64,000 nt of DNA from the NCBI GenBank assembly GCA_964016885.1, contig OZ024741.1, positions 302,870,001 to 302,934,000 of the forward strand. Reading direction: 5' to 3'. The notes under the pieces were generated by a model. That model made no database searches and was not told the DNA's origin. It saw only the letters and a program-made list of their open reading frames with translations. This stretch comes from Eledone cirrhosa (Eukaryota). A program made the position numbers and the translations under genes. Below, one piece after another: positions 58,811 through 64,000 of this stretch; position 1 is the stretch's first letter, and each line of letters opens with the position of its first letter.

Positions 58811-59224
58811 CCGCACGATGCTCTTTTATCATTAGAAACCACAATATTCCAAATATCAGGCATGGCAACTGATCCCTTGATTAGATACTAAAAATGTTTT
58901 TCCTCTACCTATTTTCAATAAAATCGCCAGATTTCTTTATATGTTTTTTTCTGAGAGTTGGTCCATGTTCAGAATTAATTTTATGCAGATGGAATTGGTA
59001 AAATGGTATAAAATGGATCTCCGTCCGTTTTGAGGATGTGTTTTCCAGTTATTTGATAACATGAAATTAACGTGTAAGTGGCTGAGAATTCTACAGACAC
59101 ATTTACCTTTAACGCAACCCTCACAGATTCAGTGCACGTTACAAGGCAGGCCCCTTGAATTAAAGGTTCAGTCCATACAACGGGCTTTCAAACAGTTTAC
59201 AACTAAGTAGTTTCACTCACATGC

Positions 59225-59532
59225 CATGGGTGACCAGAGGCTATGGCAAATGGCACTTATTCAAGACGCTACACTGTAAGACTCAGCGCGGGACCTCATA
59301 GCATGGGACGACCCGAGGCTATGGCAAGTGATACTTACTCAAGACACTACACAGTGGGACCCAGCGCAAGACCTCATTGCATGGGACGACCCGAGGCTAT
59401 GGCAAGTGATACTTACTCAAGACACTACACAGTGGGACCCAGCGCAAGACCTCATTGCATGGGACGACCCGAGGCTATGGCAACTGGCACTTACTCATAA
59501 CGCTACACAATGGGACCCAACTCGGGACCTTA
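59225..59532. repeat. 78-bp tandem repeat x about 4, probably amplified from a SINE segment
   Basis: GCATGGGACG at 59301, 59379 and 59457. Confidence 0.85.
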
Positions 59533-59989
59533 TAATCGTGAAGCGGACCACATAACTATTCGGTCATGCTCCATCCATAATATTGGCAAAAGATTTGCTG
59601 CCTTTGTTGCCGTCTTGTTTTGCAGTTTCTGAATTTAATGTTTTTCTATAGTGTAATTGGCTCGGTTTCGTTGTTTAAGAGATGTCCTTTTTTTCTTTAT
59701 GTTTGTAAATTATCTTTATTTAGATCTATGTTCGTGTTTAACAAATGTTCAAAAGTCTTTCCTAAATTCTTGAGGTGTTCGCCAGGCGAAGAAAAAGCAG
59801 ACAGGTTGTACATGTAAGTGAGTAGTTACAAATAAAACAAAAATGTTCAAAGACAAATCCAGCGTGAACATATACGTTACGGGGAAGAGGTGGGTATCCT
59901 TTGTGAACCGAGCTCGTGGTAAGAAACTATTTCATTAGGTGGCTATTTAGAGTGATCACCTAACATACGCTGCCGTCAGTTGTAACAAT

Positions 59990-60560
59990 TCAACACTTGA
60001 GACGGGATGATATCGGCTGCCCTCAGGGCAGTCACTAAGTAGCGATGATCGCCCCATAAGCTTTAGAATTATATGAATTGATCAATAAATGCCCTATAGA
60101 TGCAATGTTTCTATCTAATTCGCTCTATGCTGAGATGCAAGTTGTAGATAGATCTGCTGGGGATCGCAGAAATTCCTGCCTCTCCGACTATACTGCCAAT
60201 GACAAACACCATCCTGCTGGCGACCACCTTGGCCAAAACCTTCAAATCTAGGGTTAGCAGATTTATGAACCTGAAGTTATCTACTGTGTTCATCCTGTTT
60301 GGATCCTTCAACAGTTTTATGACTCTTCAGATTAGACAATTGCACGTGTAGTAAGAAATTTCATCAATAAAACCATTTTCACCTAGTGATCGGTTTATTG
60401 GACTACTGCTCGACAGGTCTACACTTCCTCCGCATAAACCTGCAGCTTTGATTGAGAATTTCAAATATTTGTCAAAGTAGGCATCGAAATTCACTGTCTC
60501 CAGTTCGTTTATTATGAAATGTTCGGCAAAACTGCAAGAAAACCGCGCCCAGTTGCTTAA
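59990..60560 (-). mobile_element. Degenerate L1/Tx1-like RT fragment
   Basis: DNFRFINLLTLDLKVLAKVVASRM...VGEA...AIPSRSI.NLHL resembles NWRPITLLN.DYKILAK.LA.RL...Q.C.IPGRSI.DNL. Confidence 0.75.
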
Positions 60561-60951
60561 ACTCAATATTACGCTTCCGTTGTTGTTCATCAAACATCGA
60601 AATGTAATTTGTTGCCACACTTCACCTCAGCAACCCGGACTCATTGAAGAGCTTTTGTGTCCTCATGTTTCATTGTACGTGTCCTAGCATGAACTACGCG
60701 TGTTTTGCGTCAGAAATCCATTCTCACCACTGATTTTGTGATGTCTCTATTACTCGCCTCACACCTTACAGCCCCCGCTTCTACTCTACTCTACTGCTTC
60801 ATATTACTACTTTGCTAGAACTAATCTTTGCGACTCTAATTCTTCTCTTTAGCGAGACTCACCACCTGTTGTTGATAATATACCATCAGCCAGTCTCTCA
60901 GACGTGTTCATATTTAATCACCAACATGCAAAGCAAAAGTGGATGTTTGCA

Positions 60952-61020
<69 letters not shown>

Positions 61021-61141
61021 AGTTTATGACTCCAGTTCCTCAGTGAATTAACAACCCAACAGGGAACTGGGCATATCCAGAGTATTGACAATATTATACA
61101 CCTAAACAACATATGTACTTGTCTATACCATACTAATTCAA

Positions 61142-61196
61142 ACTGCCTGAAGAGGTCACAGCCAAAGATGGCTGTCACTGAAATATATATACCAGT
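61142..61196 (+). ncRNA. Minimal type I hammerhead in a PLE remnant of about 230 bp between (TA)n tracts
   Basis: ACTGc-CTGAAGA-GGT-c-ACAGCCA(aaga)TGGCTGT-c-ACT-GAAA-TATATA-TA^cCAGT. Confidence 0.78.
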
Positions 61197-61700
61197 AATA
61201 AACGAAGCTAAATTTGAATCATTTGACTTTTATTTAACTTTATTTTATATATATATATACAGTAACAATGTCTAAAGATAAACCCACTTTAATGAGCTGG
61301 GGTTTTAACTATTTTGATGCTCTTTATTAGAGAAAAAACAAAAAAACAAAACAAAAAAAAAACAAAAACAAAAAGAAAAAAACGAAAAGAGATTTTTTTT
61401 TTCTATGAAGTAATGTCGCAAGCGGAGTCTGTGGAACAATAGTGACGGTAACTTCGATAATAATAAGAATAACGATAATGTCTGGTACTATTTAGTCATT
61501 AATTAGTTATATAAATATGTGTGTATGGATAAATAAATAAATATATACATACGTGCATACACACGTACATACAAACGCATACATACACATACACACATAT
61601 ATATATACTGACACACACGCTCACATGCATACATGTATATATATATGTATATAATGTATATATATGTGTATGTATCCATCTCTCTCTCTCGCTCTCTCTC

Positions 61701-61750
<50 letters not shown>

Positions 61751-61842
61751 CACACATATATATACTGACACACACGCACACATGCATACATGTATATATA
61801 TATAATGTATATATATAATGTATATATATGTGTATGTATCCA

Positions 61843-61874
<32 letters not shown>

Positions 61875-61918
61875 CACATACACACATATATACTGACACA
61901 CACGCACACATGCATACT

Positions 61919-61990
<72 letters not shown>

Positions 61991-62029
61991 TATAATGTAT
62001 ATTTATGTGTATGTATCCATCTCTCTCTT

Positions 62030-62063
<34 letters not shown>

Positions 62064-62577
62064 CATACACGCACACACACACACACACACACTCACATAC
62101 ACACACTTATATATATATATATATATATACGTACATTTGTATGAGTGCGTGTATAATTGTTTCCTTTAAAAAGTGTTAAAGTCAGTTATCCCCAAAGTTC
62201 CGCTCTTATTATTTCTCGAAAGACTTTGTCCATTATCCTTAAAATCCTTTGAATCTTTCATCTATTTCTTTATCCCAAATGAAAGAGTCTGGGATTAGCC
62301 TATATCCTAATCAGTTGTTCGTATCTAGGTGTGTTCCTTTAATCCGATATACTCAACTGTTTTGCTTCAGTTCTTATCATGACTATCACATTTTTTTTTA
62401 CTGGCTCTTGTTCATTGTGTATGAATATAATTGTGTGCATCTGTGTCTAACTACCAGGCTTTGTCAGTCTGTCGCTCTTTATGATTGTCTCTTTTTCTGT
62501 CTGTCTGTCTATCTTCGCTCTTTGTGTTGTCTGTACGTCTGTCCATTTGTCTGTTTGCCTGTTTGTGTCTCTCTACT

Positions 62578-62635
<58 letters not shown>

Positions 62636-62783
62636 CTTGAAGCTATAATTTATTATATTGAGATCAATATTCAGCGTGGACCATTTTATGACCGTTGGAA
62701 GGATGACGCCTAAGTCGATCTGGGAGAGAAATGAAATGTAACCAGATACAACAAGGTATTTTGTCAGACGCTCTACCGATACC

Positions 62784-62784
<1 letters not shown>

Positions 62785-62836
<52 letters not shown>

Positions 62837-62837
62837 C

Positions 62838-62925
<88 letters not shown>
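62785..62925. repeat. (TATC)n microsatellite
   Basis: Direct reading. Confidence 0.95.
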
Positions 62926-63016
62926 CTATATATATGTATGTAAAAAGTAAACAAAATTAACAAAGCAAACGTCACAAGAAATATATTAGTTTATTGCTTG
63001 AAATAATAGAAAAAAG

Positions 63017-63052
63017 TTTTAATGTTTCGAACAGTAGTCCTTCATCAGAAAA
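63017..63052 (-). ncRNA. Minimal hammerhead, same family as 15209-15244
   Basis: TTTT-CTGATGA-A-GGAC(tact)GTTC-GAAA-CA-TT^AAAA. Confidence 0.65.
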
Positions 63053-63384
63053 TAAAATGAGAAATAAAAGGTGAACTAGAAAAGATAGACCATGAGAAAA
63101 GGAGGGAACGGAAAAAAATGAGAAAAACTACATCGTCATTCGATTTGCGAGAAATGGTAGCTATATCACCCTTAAGTAACATCCTACTGTGTTAGAAAAA
63201 GAACCCACTGACTATGTTTTTAGATACACAAAATCAGAAAAACAGAAGCAATAAATTGTTCACAGGTGGAATACCTTTTGATTAGTAATATCATCAGTAA
63301 TAACAAGCTGAAGTGGGAACTTCTAGGCTGTCATTTGGCTTGCTTGAAATAGCAACCAAATCTTCCTAAAACCATGCCTTAGAA

Positions 63385-63674
63385 CAGTCATGGGCAACAT
63401 GCGGCCCGCGAGGCTTTCTGAATGGCTCACCTAAGTCACCTAAGTGAAATCTTTCTGATTTTTTTTACATCAACTTTTCAGTCGTAATTTATCTTTCTAT
63501 CATTTTTACGATCGAGGTAAACAACGTGTACGAATTCTGAAGAAACAAATCAAAAGAATATGAGTTACAGCCCTTTTTTTAATGTGGGCACAAATGTAAA
63601 TTAGCGCTTGTGGCCTGTCTGATGATAAGCCATACCTCATGCGGCCCGTTTCTCGAAAAAGGTTGCCCTGCCTG
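63385..63674. mobile_element. hAT/Charlie-like MITE
   Basis: TIRs CAGTCATGGGCAAC / GTTGCCCTGCCTG; internal ATGCGGCCCG repeats; 8-bp TSD CCTTAGAA/TCTTAGAA. Confidence 0.8.
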
Positions 63675-64000
63675 TCTTAGAATCTTAATAATTGAAACGA
63701 CACTTTGCATAATGTGGCTCTGGGAAAACCTTTAAAAAGACAGTGTCGGCATCGCGGCAATGCTTGATCAAGGCTGATCTGCATCTAAACTACAGCATTA
63801 TTCTCGCCATTAATAATCATATTACTAAAAGAGCCAGCGAGGAAGTCTCTTTGTCGTACCTCGACTTGCAATAAATAGCAACCAACACTACCTCAAATCA
63901 CACTCTACAGTCTTAAAAAAAGAACACATTGAATAAAGTTCTAAATAAACTGTCTTATAAAAAAGAATGGGGTGGTCATCGCTGGGAAGGATTGTGACCA

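Overview
This is AT-rich, microsatellite-dense eukaryotic intergenic or intronic DNA. It is most likely from an octopod cephalopod, inferred from the abundant tRNA-derived OK-type SINE. I found no credible host exon; nearly all long ORFs are translations of simple repeats. The window is dominated by Penelope-like retroelements (PLEs) inserted into (TA)n tracts: one nearly complete, frameshifted RT+GIY-YIG copy (3205-7565), several GIY-YIG 3' fragments and many small non-coding derivatives. Reading both strands shows about 17 minimal type I hammerhead ribozyme motifs from several unrelated families, four with a compensatory U3:A8 core. About nine insertions are head-to-head fold-backs. In these, one arm keeps a short 3' tail (in several families carrying a shared TACTC...TGAGT hairpin) and the other arm usually stops just upstream of it at a TA microhomology. 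Also present: about 30 SINE copies, RTE, Vingi-like, Tx1-like and CRE-like LINE fragments, a tandem bipartite RTE derivative, two hAT MITEs with 8-bp TSDs, and 22-, 18/27-, 26- and 78-bp minisatellites. All calls were made by eye; element boundaries are approximate to within a few bases.
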